From Octopus bimaculoides (Eukaryota), in the NCBI RefSeq assembly GCF_001194135.2, contig NC_069003.1:1237624-1301623 (forward strand): a stretch of 64,000 nucleotides of DNA, in the 5' to 3' direction. The notes beneath the pieces were generated by a model, which made no database searches, was not told where the DNA came from, and saw only the letters and a program-made list of their open reading frames with translations. A program made the translations under genes and the position numbers. Below are positions 1 to 12,310 of the stretch, one piece after another. Within the stretch, counting starts at the first letter, position 1. Each line of letters starts with the position of its first letter.

Positions 1-411
1 TGTTAAGACTGTGGCCCCTACTGGGGGTAGGGGTAGGTGTTAGCGGCACTGTAAGTATAAGCATTATCGACATTGTAAAAATGTAAATTTAAGCATTCCT
101 TGAGTTGCAGAAATAAGTAAGTAAACCAATAAAGATAAAAGAGAAGAAGAGAGAGGAGAAGAACATGAATATCAATATGCCAATGTTAGATCAAGTAGGG
201 GGGCAGCTAAACTAGTTGCATTTGTCACAGGAGAGAGAAGGAGAGGAAATTGCAGGTATGATAGAGGATACCACCAATGAGGGAAGGGGTTTCCGGTGAG
301 AGAAGAGAAGAACGAGAAAGCCCATAAGAATGAGCACGCATACACCCACACACACACACAAGACAAGCACGCACACAGACAAGAGCAAGCACGCAAGCAC
401 ACATACGCGCG

Positions 412-457
<46 letters not shown>

Positions 458-612
458 GAACAAGCACGCATGTATAACCCATTAGGTTTCCATTTCCCCT
501 CGATACGTCCATGGAAATTACCGAGTGGTTCGTTGACAAATTTCGAATCAAGACGAAAGATATCCCGTTATGTAGGTGGGCAGCTAAACTAGTTGCGTTT
601 GTTCCGGCACAG

Positions 613-1224
613 NNNNNNNNNNNNNNNNNNNNNNNNNNNNNNNNNNNNNNNNNNNNNNNNNNNNNNNNNNNNNNNNNNNNNNNNNNNNNNNNNNNNNNNN
701 NNNNNNNNNNNNNNNNNNNNNNNNNNNNNNNNNNNNNNNNNNNNNNNNNNNNNNNNNNNNNNNNNNNNNNNNNNNNNNNNNNNNNNNNNNNNNNNNNNNN
801 NNNNNNNNNNNNNNNNNNNNNNNNNNNNNNNNNNNNNNNNNNNNNNNNNNNNNNNNNNNNNNNNNNNNNNNNNNNNNNNNNNNNNNNNNNNNNNNNNNNN
901 NNNNNNNNNNNNNNNNNNNNNNNNNNNNNNNNNNNNNNNNNNNNNNNNNNNNNNNNNNNNNNNNNNNNNNNNNNNNNNNNNNNNNNNNNNNNNNNNNNNN
1001 NNNNNNNNNNNNNNNNNNNNNNNNNNNNNNNNNNNNNNNNNNNNNNNNNNNNNNNNNNNNNNNNNNNNNNNNNNNNNNNNNNNNNNNNNNNNNNNNNNNN
1101 NNNNNNNNNNNNNNNNNNNNNNNNNNNNNNNNNNNNNNNNNNNNNNNNNNNNNNNNNNNNNNNNNNNNNNNNNNNNNNNNNNNNNNNNNNNNNNNNNNNN
1201 NNNNNNNNNNNNNNNNNNNNNNNN
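613..1224. other. Assembly gap. Others: 13841-13914, 14860-15134, 18502-18511, 18943-19362, 24328-24337, 31774-32436, 33012-33347, 42693-42790, 43531-43922, 59500-59582, 61026-61113
   Basis: Runs of n, mostly flanked by micro- or minisatellites. Confidence 0.99.
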
Positions 1225-1670
1225 GTATCGGGGGAGAGAGATATCCAGTATTGGGAGAGAGAGATATCCAGTATTGGGGGAGAGAGAGATCCAATATTGG
1301 GAGAGAGAGAGATCCAGTATTGGGGGAGAGAGATATCTAGTATCGGGGGAGAGAGATATCCAGTATTGGGAGAGAGAGATATCCAGTATTGGGGGAGAGA
1401 GATATCCAGTATCGGGGGAGAGAGATATCCAGTATTGGGAGAGAGAGAGATCCAGTATTGGGGGAGAGAGATACCCGGTATTGGAAGAGAGAGATATCCG
1501 GTATGAGGAGAGAGAGATATCTGGTGTTTGGAGAGAGAGATATCCAGTATTGGGGGAGAGAGACATCCGGTATTAGGAGAGAGAGACATCCAGTATTGGA
1601 GGAGAGAGATATCCGGTGTTGGAAGAGAGAGATAGCCAGTATTGGGGGAGAGAGATATCTGGTATCGGGG
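1225..1670 (+). repeat. Minisatellite with a ~23-bp unit GGGGGAGAGAGATATCCAGTATT, about 19 visible copies beside a gap
   Basis: Directly visible tandem units; they explain the GERDIQYW-type ORFs. Confidence 0.9.
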
Positions 1671-1797
1671 TGGTGGTGGGAATAGGCAGACACACCCCAA
1701 ATAAGCAAAGGTTAATTTAGATAGATGGTACAAAAAATATGTAGCCAAGAAGAGATTCCACTTAGAATGTTACAAGAAGAATTAAGGAGGAACGAAG

Positions 1798-1800
<3 letters not shown>

Positions 1801-1890
<90 letters not shown>
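1801..1890 (+). repeat. (GA)n microsatellite
   Basis: Direct inspection. Confidence 0.95.
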
Positions 1891-1894
<4 letters not shown>

Positions 1895-2233
1895 GGAAGT
1901 TATATACTGAAGGGTCAATTCAATAATTTAGCTTACAAATGTAGATATTAGTAAATAAATAATACATAAATAAATAAATAAATGTAAATAATAATACATA
2001 TTAAAAGTGTTAATGGCGAATAGATAAATGAAAATATGGAAAGATAAGAGAATATCTTAACTTAGCAATGCATAACTGTGCGTCCGAGAATTATTTAAGC
2101 TGAGTTTGTGTGCAAAATAGGGAGAAATTATGTGGGTGAAGTATTTTATAGATATACTACAACCGGAAGTGGACATTATGGAGGATGCTATCTTCCTTCC
2201 TGGGCCGGAGACAATGGCAATGACATGTATCCA

Positions 2234-2384
<151 letters not shown>

Positions 2385-2441
2385 ATCCAAATTGAGGTAG
2401 TGGAGCAGGCAAAATCCAAGTTACATATGTTTCCTAGCTAG

Positions 2442-2510
2442 CAGATCCTCTGATGTAATAATTACTCAACGTGGAGTACTCAGCTAACGACTCACTGGGC
2501 TAAAGATACC
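2442..2510. repeat. Dispersed ~70-bp repeat, inverted copy at 55291-55363
   Basis: cagatcctctgatgtaa..ttactcaacg..cagcta..aagatacc versus the reverse complement of 55291-55363. Confidence 0.7.
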
Positions 2511-3111
2511 GTAATTATACGAAGGTTCCATTGTCATTAAAAAATCCCAAGTTAACTCGCCAAAGATATAATTTGAAATGAAGTAAAAAAAAAAAAACCA
2601 ATTAAGAAATATAAAAAACAAATGTTTGAAGAAATAAGAATGTCAGCAAGTACGAAAAGTGAAGAAAGAGGTCACATATTTGGGAGTGTGGAATATTTCA
2701 AGAGCGTGAATTCACCATATGGTAATAAACAATGGCATTGGTTAATTAATCGATCAAGCAATGAATTAGTTAAGAATGCAAGCAACAATGAGTAATGAAT
2801 ATATGTGTGTATGTGAGTGTTTGTATGCATCTATCTATCTATCTATATATATATATATATACATACTATGTTGTTTTTTACTGGATTCAGTCAATGGGTG
2901 GCAGCCTTGGAGGGGCACTGATTTAGAGAAGTGACTCCACTACTAAATTTTTGTAAGTTTGGTACTATCCCCAATAGTCTCATTTACAGATCCTAGGTTA
3001 TGGGAACGTAAACACACAAAGACGAAAGATATCCCATTATGTGGTGGTGAAACACTGTCATACACACACGCACACACACACGCACACACACACACACACA
3101 CACATATAAAC

Positions 3112-3274
3112 AACAGGCTTTTTTTTTCAATTTCTATTTATCAAATCCACTCACAAGGCTTTGGTTGGCCTGAAGCTTTAGCAGAATTCACTTGCCCAAG
3201 TTGCAATGCAGTGGGACTGAATCCAGAACCATGTGGTTGCGGAGCAAACTTCTTACCGCATAGCCACACCTGTG
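3112..3274 (-). mobile_element. SINE family A (CORE-like), 5' half
   Basis: Reverse complement aligns with 5243-5400 (accacatggttc..cagtcccactgc..ttgggcaagt..aaagccttgtgagtggatttg). Confidence 0.85.
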
Positions 3275-3704
3275 TCGATATATATATGCATGTATGTATA
3301 TATGTATGTATGCGCCATTGAATTGACTCCAGTTTATGTTGTGTATTTATAAGCATGAGTAAATGAAATCAAACCATTCATCATGCCATTTGAACATAGA
3401 CAAAGCACAATACTCAGAAATAAACATTATAACCAACTAAAATTTAACCCAACACATCGCAATTTATTATCAACAGTATTACACAAAGAATTACTTGATG
3501 CTCTCTTCTTTTGTTGTTAGTTTTATAAAGTGTTCTAATTTTCTAATAAACAAATAGCTGTGTAGTACATACATTTCAGTTATGTTGGGGAGGAATAAAA
3601 AAGCGCCATCTTCATATTTTCGGATTTGGTTGGCTCTCAATTTTCTGAAAGACAATAATACCAAACATTTTCAGGTTAAAACGCATAAAATCAAATGAAG
3701 GTTT

Positions 3705-3887
3705 GAAGAAGAAGAAGAAGAAGAAGAAGAAGAAGAAGAAGAAGAAGAAGAAGAAGAAGAAGAAGAAGAAGAAGAAGAAGAAGAAGAAGAAGAAGAAGAA
3801 GAAGCAGGAGGAGGAGGAGAAGAAAAAGCAGGAGGAGAAGAAGAAGAAGAAGAAGAAGAAGAAGAAGAAGAAGAAGAAGAAGAAGAA
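3705..3887 (+). repeat. (GAA)n microsatellite
   Basis: Direct inspection; explains the poly-K and poly-L ORFs. Confidence 0.95.
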
Positions 3888-4208
3888 ATATGAGGATCAA
3901 TATAAAATCAATATAAAATAAAATAAAAACGAAAGAAGAGAAGAAAGCGAAGAATGGGTCGTGTAACAAAATGGAAAGAAAGATATGAAGAAGAAGAGCA
4001 GGTGGATGAAGAGAAGGAGAATCAAAGAAATTTATGAAAAAGGCAAGAAAATGAAGAAAAAGAATATGAATAATGAAGTCCTTATTCAAATAATAGTGAT
4101 AATCATGGTTGGCAATCATTGCTGACCTAGATCTATGTCACAATAAAAGATAGACAGAATTATACACACACGCTGATATATTCACAAACACTCATACATA
4201 CACACAAG

Positions 4209-4396
4209 TGTTATGGGGATAATAATAATAATAATAATGGAAGACCCCTCCCACATGACGAATAGTTTGTGTTAGTCACTACAAATATGGTGACGTTGAG
4301 CAGTCGTCAGTCAAGTAGTCGGTCATAGATAGTCGTGTCTTACTTGTCTAACTAACTAAACTGCTATACTGGAATGGACGTTATTAAAGTCCAATA
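4209..4396 (+). mobile_element. Putative 5' LTR of a Ty3/Gypsy element
   Basis: Starts TGTTATG, has ATTAAA at 4383-4388, and ends CCAATA just before a PBS; gag follows about 100 bp downstream. No second LTR is seen in the window. Confidence 0.55.
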
Positions 4397-4397
4397 G

Positions 4398-4409
4398 TGG
4401 TGACGAGGA
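4398..4409 (+). promoter_or_regulatory. Primer-binding site, tRNA-Ser(GCU) type
   Basis: TGGTGACGAGGA is one mismatch from TGGCGACGAGGA, the complement of the tRNA-Ser(GCU) 3' end CCUCGUCGCCA; it lies between LTR and gag. Confidence 0.6.
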
Positions 4410-4502
4410 ATTAACAAATAACGATTAAACAAACTCACAAGGAATTACGAAACTCACAAAAGTTTTTTGTGCGAATATTATGGTGCACAAAATCTTAGAA
4501 TT

Positions 4503-5160
4503 ATGGAAAAAATGTTGGCCGGTTTGATTGAGTAGCAAAATCAGCAACAACAACAACTAAAGGAAGAACAACAATTACTATTACAGCAACAAACGCTGTA
4601 ATTAATGAATGATGAGTCATCCAAAAATTCTGAAAAGAGGTTCTCACCAGATTATGTTGGAAACTCAGTAACGGAATTTAAGTATGAACCAGGCGAAGGA
4701 ATTATCTTTGAGGCATACTATAGAAGATATGAACAGATCTTCAATAAAAAGTGCAAAGATTCGGACAACGATATGAAAATGCACCTAATTCTAAGAAAAT
4801 TGGTAGCAGGCGAACATGAGCATCACAGCAATTACATACTCGCAAAAATATCTTCTGACATAAACTTTAAAAATACAATAGACGTATTGTGTTAAATTTT
4901 TAGTGACAAAAGGTTGTTGTTCAATACACACTGGAAACATTTGAATCTAGAAAAGAACAAAGAGGAGGACTACATCACATATGCTGGTAGAGTTAACAGA
5001 GAATGTAAAAAGTTCAAACTGGATGAATTAACACGAGATATGTTCAGGTGCCAGATATTTACTCAAGGACTAACTGAAAAAATGACGCAGAAGTAAGAAC
5101 AAGAATTCTCGCTAAGCTGGAACTAAACCAAGCTGTAACCTTGTAAAAGGAGTCAGAAAA
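4503..5160 (+). pseudogene. Decayed Ty3/Gypsy gag-region ORF (K02A2.6-like family)
   Basis: One frame: MEKMLAGLIE*QNQQ..MNDESSKNSEKRFSPDYVGNSVTEFKYEPGEGIIFEAYYRRYEQIF..LRKL..NYIL..LC*IFSDKRLLFNTHWKHLNL..YAGRVNRECKKFKL..MFRCQIFTQGLT. After a frameshift near 5080 it continues DAEVRTRILAKLE. Several in-frame stops. Confidence 0.85.
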
Positions 5161-5226
5161 GTGGCGCATTGGAAGCGTGCTGGGCCCATAACCCAGAGGT
5201 CCGTAGATCGAAACTACGCTCTGCTA
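5155..5226 (+). tRNA. tRNA-iMet: Initiator tRNA-Met(CAT), probably a pseudogene with a damaged acceptor stem
   Basis: 72 nt: AGAAAAG TGGCGCATTGGAAGCGTGCTGGGCCCATAACCCAGAGGTCCGTAGATCGAAACTACGCTCTGCTA. Anticodon CAT at 5187-5189 in a CTGGG/CCCAG stem; initiator-type ATCG T-loop in a perfect CGTAG/CTACG stem; 2 acceptor-stem mismatches; no CCA; TTTT at 5237-5240. Confidence 0.85.
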
Positions 5227-5242
5227 AGCATATTTCTTTTAT

Positions 5243-5424
5243 AGGTGCAGGAGTGGCTGTGTGATAAGTAGCTTGCTTACCAACCACATGGTTCCGGGTT
5301 CAGTCCCACTGCGTGGCACCTTGGGCAAGTGTCATCTACTATAGCCGTGGGCCGACCAAAGCCTTGTGAGTGGACTTGGTAGACGGAAGCTGAAAGAAGC
5401 CCGTCGTATATATGTATGCATATA

Positions 5425-5458
<34 letters not shown>

Positions 5459-5646
5459 CATGCGTATATGTTCGCTTGACAACCGATGCTGGTGTGTTTA
5501 CGTCCCCGTGACTTAGCGGTTCGGCAAAAGAAACCGATAGAATGAGTACTAGGCTTACAAAGAATAAGTCCTGGGGTCGATTTGCTCGACTAAAAGCGGT
5601 GCTCCAGCATAGCCACAGTCACATGACTGAAACAAGTAAAGAGAGA
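5243..5646 (+). mobile_element. SINE family A (tRNA head plus CORE-like CCTTGGGCAAGT), full length with internal microsatellite
   Basis: A/B-box-like head (tggctgtgtg..ggttcagtccc); homologous copies at 53280, 55453, 63830, 3112, 19972, 24011 and 56930. Confidence 0.9.
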
Positions 5647-7581
5647 ACATTGAGACACACTTGGCTACAATTTCTAGCGGTTTTAGCGATCACTTGGAGG
5701 TACTCGGTCTGCTTTTACGGTTTGTTTTGGCAGCAACCTAACGTCTTATTGAATTATTGAGAATCGTAATCTCTCGGTTGTCTCTCATTGTTCTTGTTGC
5801 TGTTGTATTCCTTCTCTTTTTCTGTGTTATGCTTCCTATAATGCTGCCCCCCCCCACACTCCTCGAATTAGATTAAAATTTTGTATTTACAATGTATTAC
5901 ATTACTATATAGCTTTGTGCTGTTATTGTTTAACAACAGTTCAGTTCTGAACAAACAGATTTATGATCAACGTATTCCGGCCGTGACCATCCTTCCATTT
6001 AACAGACATAGCACACACGCATTCACATTATACGTCTGTTTTTTTTTTGTTATTTTAAAACACAAAGCTGTTATGCAAGAATTGCTGCGATATCTAAAAG
6101 ATCTAGTGACACCCATAGCGGCTATTTAGTACTTCATTTTAATGAATGTTGGCGGTAGTTGACGTTATTATCGATTGTGTTGCTTTGTTGTGAAGGTCAA
6201 CGATGCAGGCTCTCGTCATATCATTTCTGTCGTTCATCATGTTAGCACTTCAGCGGGTGTTGTTGCTTTTTGTTGTGGTTCTTGGTGGTGGTACAATGAC
6301 TTTCGGAATCACCGAGAGTTATAACCGGTGATAGCAAAATACTTGTTATTCTCTCTGCTGTTGTTACTGTCGTAGTTGTGTCGTGGGTGGTAAGGTCATT
6401 TTTGGCGTTGCTGTTGTTGTGGTCGATGTTATTTATGTTTCGTTTTTCTTTTTTTGCTGGTGTTTTGTTATTGGAGTCGTTAGTGTTTCTATTGTTGTTT
6501 TTATTAATACAGTTATTCGTGTTGTTCTTGTTCAGGTATTGATGTCGTTAGTGTTATAGATGTTGCTACTTATGTTTCAGTTGTTGCTGGTGTTGATAAC
6601 ATTTCTTAAAGCTATTGTTTAGCTGCTGTTGTTATTGTTGTTGTTATTGGTGATTTTGCTCTTGAGGTGGCTACACTTAATACATAATATATATATACTT
6701 TTAGATATATATTTTATTATTGATATGCATGTGTGTGTGTGTGTGTTCTTTATTGCTAATATCACTATTATTGCAGTTATTTTCAATATATTTTCAATAT
6801 AAAAAAAAAAAAATCGTTGCCGTTTTTTCTTTTTTTTTTTTTCAATGTACCTTCTTTCTAACGTTATTTTATCTTTTAGAATCTTTTTTGCTTGTTGCTT
6901 ACAGTTCTTGTTATAATGGAAATTATTAAAGGCTTTTAATGTTTATCTTGATGTTGTAGTTCTTGTTATTCATGTTAATTTCGTCTGTAGCGTCGATCTC
7001 GTTTGGTAATTGTTTTTTAAAAAATGTAATTGATTATTCATATTTAAACTTTGCTTTTATAGTTGTTGCCGCTTCTGTTGTTATTTCTTTTATTTTATTT
7101 CGCTGTTTTTTTTTGTTGTAAGCTTACTTTAAAGTTGTATATTTTACATACACTTAACATGAGAGTATAGTTAGCACCAACATGCTCAGGTGCATACATA
7201 CGCTATCATACACACACATACATACGCACAGAAACACACAAGCACAGATACACCCACACACACACACATATCATAACTTAATTTGCATAAAATGTGTTTG
7301 ACTGTATATATGTATATGTGTGTCTGTGTATATGTACATGTGTGTGTTTCTGTGTATGTGTGTACATATGCATGAGTGTATGCATAATAATTGAATATTA
7401 ATTTACACATATGTAAATGTTGATGAAGTACAGCTGTACGTCTTCGTATATTAGTGTAATATATACACGCATTCACACAAACACACACATATATATCTAC
7501 ATGTACTTACAGACTCCCACATATGTATGCATCTATATATATATTCAGAGATATATCGGCATACGAACTTGTATAATGTAT

Positions 7582-7636
<55 letters not shown>

Positions 7637-8090
7637 AAATTCATATGCCGGAATATGTATAAAATATCGGATTTTATTGTTAAATGCGTGAGTTGTTATT
7701 ATTGCAGACATTTTTCACTGATGTAATAAACTCAAGATATGGACGATGCATATGCATACACATATCTTCTAGCATGATTATATGAGACCTAATGTAAGCG
7801 TGTGTTAGGAGTAAATGTGAACACACTCTCGGCAATATATTTATTACTTCCTACATATGTACAGAAGCAAGCTACAAACAGGCATATATATATATATACA
7901 CACACACACGCCGCTACACGCAATTATTTTTCTGATTGCGTAGGTTTATGTGTGATTGTGGGTTAGAAGTTAAATATATATATGCAAAAATATGTAATTA
8001 CATGTTCTTTATAATTAGACGATGCATGCAGATATAAACATATATACATGTATGCATATATACATACATATATATATATGTGTATACATG

Positions 8091-8142
<52 letters not shown>

Positions 8143-8263
8143 CGTACATACATAAATATATACATGTAGCTACTGGTATTATTATTGTTATTTTATAATA
8201 ATAATTTTATCCTTATATATATATATACATATGTATGCATGTATATGTTATATATGCATATAC

Positions 8264-8339
<76 letters not shown>

Positions 8340-8804
8340 GTACAAATATGCATATATATTTATGTATACATATAAATATATAAAAGTGAAAACAAATATA
8401 ATTATGTGTATAATATATATTTATACACATACACACACTCATGTATATTCGTATAGATATTCATGTATAAATACATTTCTTCACGCATATCTATATGCAA
8501 ATACACATACACACACCTATACAAACACACACACATACACATCTATCTCATATATACAACATTTGAGTCTGTGTTAGTAGTGCAGCATTTTGTTCACTAA
8601 TCTAATAAAATGTGATTCTTGTTTGCCTTATTAAAGAAAATTGTTCGCAACTGACTAATAAACTGGAAATTTATGTTTTGGAGCAGAACGGAAATCATTG
8701 CATTAAAACAGTAATGGAATTTACATACATATACAGGCATATGTGTACTATATGTGTGTGTGTATATATACTTTTTTTTTCTACGTGTTTATATGTATGT
8801 TTGC

Positions 8805-8872
<68 letters not shown>

Positions 8873-9445
8873 GTGTGTGAATGTATTTATGTTGTATTGT
8901 TTTCTGTTTATCGATATGTATGTCTACTTATATCTCTAGTTCATTCTTTTAAGCTTTTTTATCCGTTTCAGCCATTTAAACCATTCAAAGTTGAGCTGTA
9001 CAATTTTCGTCGGCTCCTGCAATTATAATACGCCAATCGGCTGAATGTGTGTCAAACTTTCCTTGCGTTTCGTTGTTTCTTGTCTTATTTTTTCTCCTTT
9101 ATAAATGATGCATGTTACATACTGGGATATCGACAAAATCATTTCACCCAAACCAGTAATCACAGTGCAGTCGTTATTCGTATTCGCTGCTAGTTATTAT
9201 ACGTCGCAGTCGACATGAATATGTCTTGCATTCCTCTCGCTTCTGACTGAAACTACTGCCTGATACAAAAGTATTAGCCAAAAGTAGAAAGAAACATTGT
9301 GAAATAACAAGTGATAAACTACCAGGTTTTAATATTCCGTTATGTTATCTATCAACGTTTAGATTTATCAGGCATGTTAAGAAACAAAGACCTTCTCCAT
9401 TTGAAATGCGACATATTCAAATGAACAATATTCTACCTGGAATGG

Positions 9446-9660
9446 AAGGCGGTGAGCTCGCAGAAACTTTAGCACGCTGGGCGAAATGCTTCGCGGTATT
9501 TCGTTTGCCGTTATGTTCTGAGTTCAAATTCCGCCGAGGTCGACTTTGCCTTTCATCCTTTCGGGTTCGATAAATTATGTACCTGTCACGTACTTGTGTC
9601 ATTGTAATCAACTTAATCCCTTCGTCTGTCCTTGTTTGTCCTCTCTATGTTTAGCCCCCT
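9446..9660 (+). mobile_element. SINE family B (Deu/Nin-like central domain)
   Basis: ggcggtgagc..gagttcaaattccgccgaggtcgactttgcctttcatcctttcggg..gataaatt; homologous to 20566, 26939 and 39432-40031. Confidence 0.9.
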
Positions 9661-11580
9661 TATCTATAAAACCTTCAATTTTACCTTACAAATTTTACCT
9701 TACGATTTTACCTTATCTATAAAACCTTCAATTTTACCTTACAAACCTTGTCCGCATTATTCTTCTTTCTTTTCTTCTCTTTTCCTTTATTTATTTAAGC
9801 GCTGAAATGAAAACTAATGTTTTATATAACATTTAGAAAACGATAGTCCTCTTAAATTAAGCACTATCGGCTGACCGAAACTGGCAAAGGATAATGGAGT
9901 GAATTACTATTTTCTTCTCAAGATTTGCGTTCCAATGTTATTACGCAATCGTCTACATAACGATAAACACATAACATACTGTCATTCGGTCGTGAAACAC
10001 GTGTAAAGGTTATGCAATTTATCATGTTATAACACAAACAGAGTAAATCCCCTTTTATTCTTTATTCTACTCTGTCTCCCCCTCTCTCTCTCCCCTTCTG
10101 TGTGTGAGTGTACACACATATATATGTGTATGGTTAATGCATATATGTATTTAGAGAAAGCAAGAGAAGAAGAGAGAGGAGAAGAGTGAGAAGGTGAAAG
10201 AGATTCGTTCATTTATATGTATACATAAAATTTCCGGGGAAAAAAAAACCATTCAATATATTTGGCGTCGATCAGAAGAAAATCTTACCTTCAAACCGAA
10301 ACAGGATTGCAACACCTATTTAATAACCTTTGCAAATCCTTTTGATCTGCATAAACCATTTTATTCAGTTCTGCCTTAAAAAACCAATACGTTTTTGTTA
10401 CTGGAGACAAGCATTGAGGATTTAAAGTTCTCTGCATTATGTAGATTTAAGAACGGCTTTATGCTTCTATGATGTATTTAGAGAATGAAGCTAAGAAAAA
10501 TTCTTTTTCGATTTCGGTATCGGGTGTATATGGATGGGTTTGGAAGCTGATGGCGCAATATTTATGTCAAAGACCTTCATCCTTGGATTGATTGATTGAT
10601 TGTCTTCTATTGACGATCTAATAGTACATAAGAATTTCGGCTTTTAGGGAAAATCTCTTGTATGGCATCAAGTGAATTAATCTTCATATATAAACATACG
10701 CTAGTGCATATAGATACACATACCGTGTGTATGTATGAATGTATATATGTGTGTATGTATGTATGTATATGTATATGCATATATATATATATATATGTAT
10801 GTCTTTGTGTATATACGTATATAAGTATATGAATATATTTGTATTACTAATGTGCGAGAAAGAGAGAGAATGGGGTGAGAAAAGAACAGAAAATGTCATT
10901 ATTTTAAAGGCATGTAGTTATGTGTGTGTGTCTGTGTGTGCGTAACATATATACTTATACTCACACACATATGCAAATATATATATATATATATATATAC
11001 ATACATACATACACACGCACACACACATGTATATGCATGTGTGTATTTATATATATCAAATGCAGATACCTGACTTCCTGTCTCTATCTATCTATATTAT
11101 ATATTTATCTTTCTCCTTATCTACCAAAGCATCTATGTATGCGTGTCTGACGTGCCATGAATAAACTAATACAATAATACAGCATCATCATTGATCATCA
11201 TCATCATCAACAACAACGACAATAACAACAACAACAACAGCAATAATAATTTAACTACAATACTGTTTATGCGATCTGGTGTTTTGCTCTCCATTAAGAT
11301 TTGCATTTAAGCTGCCTTTATCTTAAGCTTATTCAAAATTGCATCTTATTCGTAAAGCGAATTGCTGCCTACCCTGGCTTCACAATTTTCCTTCTGATAA
11401 AAGATTCTTGTTTTCGTAAGAAAGAAATAACGTTTCCCCACAAGATACACAGTGAAAGAATCTCCTTTACTTTATCTCTCTTCCTTCTCTTCACCATTTC
11501 TGGATTTTATTGACGTTGCTGTTGTAATGCATAGTTATTATTATTGTTATTGCTATTATTCTTATCAAATACAATGTATT

Positions 11581-11775
11581 GAAGCTGAGCTGGCAGAATC
11601 GTTTGGGCTTTGAGAAAAAGATAAATTCTTTGTAGCATTCATTTACTTTTTCTTTTCTTTCGGAGTGTGGAATCTGACGTGGTCTACTTCAGCTTTCAAC
11701 ATTTCAGGTTCGTTGAAATAAAATACCAGTGAAGTATTCGGGTCGATAAAATCGGCCTCCTTTTCTCTTTAAAGT
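11581..11775 (+). mobile_element. Old degenerate SINE family B copy
   Basis: gagctggcagaatcgtt..ggtctacttcagctttcaacatttc..aaataccagt..gggtcgat. Confidence 0.6.
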
Positions 11776-12090
11776 TAAGGATTTAGTTCCAAAATGGAAA
11801 ACAAGTATTTGAAAAATAGGATAAGGATGCTGGATTGCCAGAATTTGTCAGGTCGTCGGGTAAAATACCTCACGTCCTTTTAACCAACCTTTTCGGCATT
11901 CTGAATTCTGATTTCGTTAGGTTCTTAGTTCAAATTCACACTAAAGACACACTAAATTAGTATTTTAGTCTTAATAACGAACGAGAGGTCATGAATGTCT
12001 TTTATTTTACTGATTTTCGCTATTGGTTCACACATGCCACGGCCTATATTTAATTGTAACAGAACGACTGTATATAATTGCACGCGGTTA

Positions 12091-12310
12091 TATGGGGGTG
12101 CTAAAAAGCTCCTGGTTTCGGATAAAACAAAATACAGAAGGATCTGTTAATTATGATTTTATTCAACATATTCCCCTCTCAGATTCACACAACTCGTCGC
12201 AGCGGTCATTCAGCTTTTCTAAGCCCTATAAAAGAACTTGCAAGCCTGGGCCTCCAACCAAGCTTTTCTGTGATTCCCTCAAAACCAAGAACTTTTAAAC
12301 ACGCATCATA
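12091..12310 (-). mobile_element. Mariner-derived MITE
   Basis: Imperfect TIRs GGGGTGCTAAAAAGCTCCTGGTTT and AAAACCAAGAACTTTTAAACACGC. Minus strand 12159-12225 encodes GLEKLNDRC/CVNLRGEYVE*, a mariner C-terminal motif. Confidence 0.75.

Noticed and set aside
1225-1670. Regular short repeats resembling a CRISPR array
   Set aside because: No unique spacers and no cas genes; it is a eukaryotic minisatellite.
10289-10347. Minus-strand donor AAG|GTAAGA
   Set aside because: All three frames of the candidate exon contain stops.
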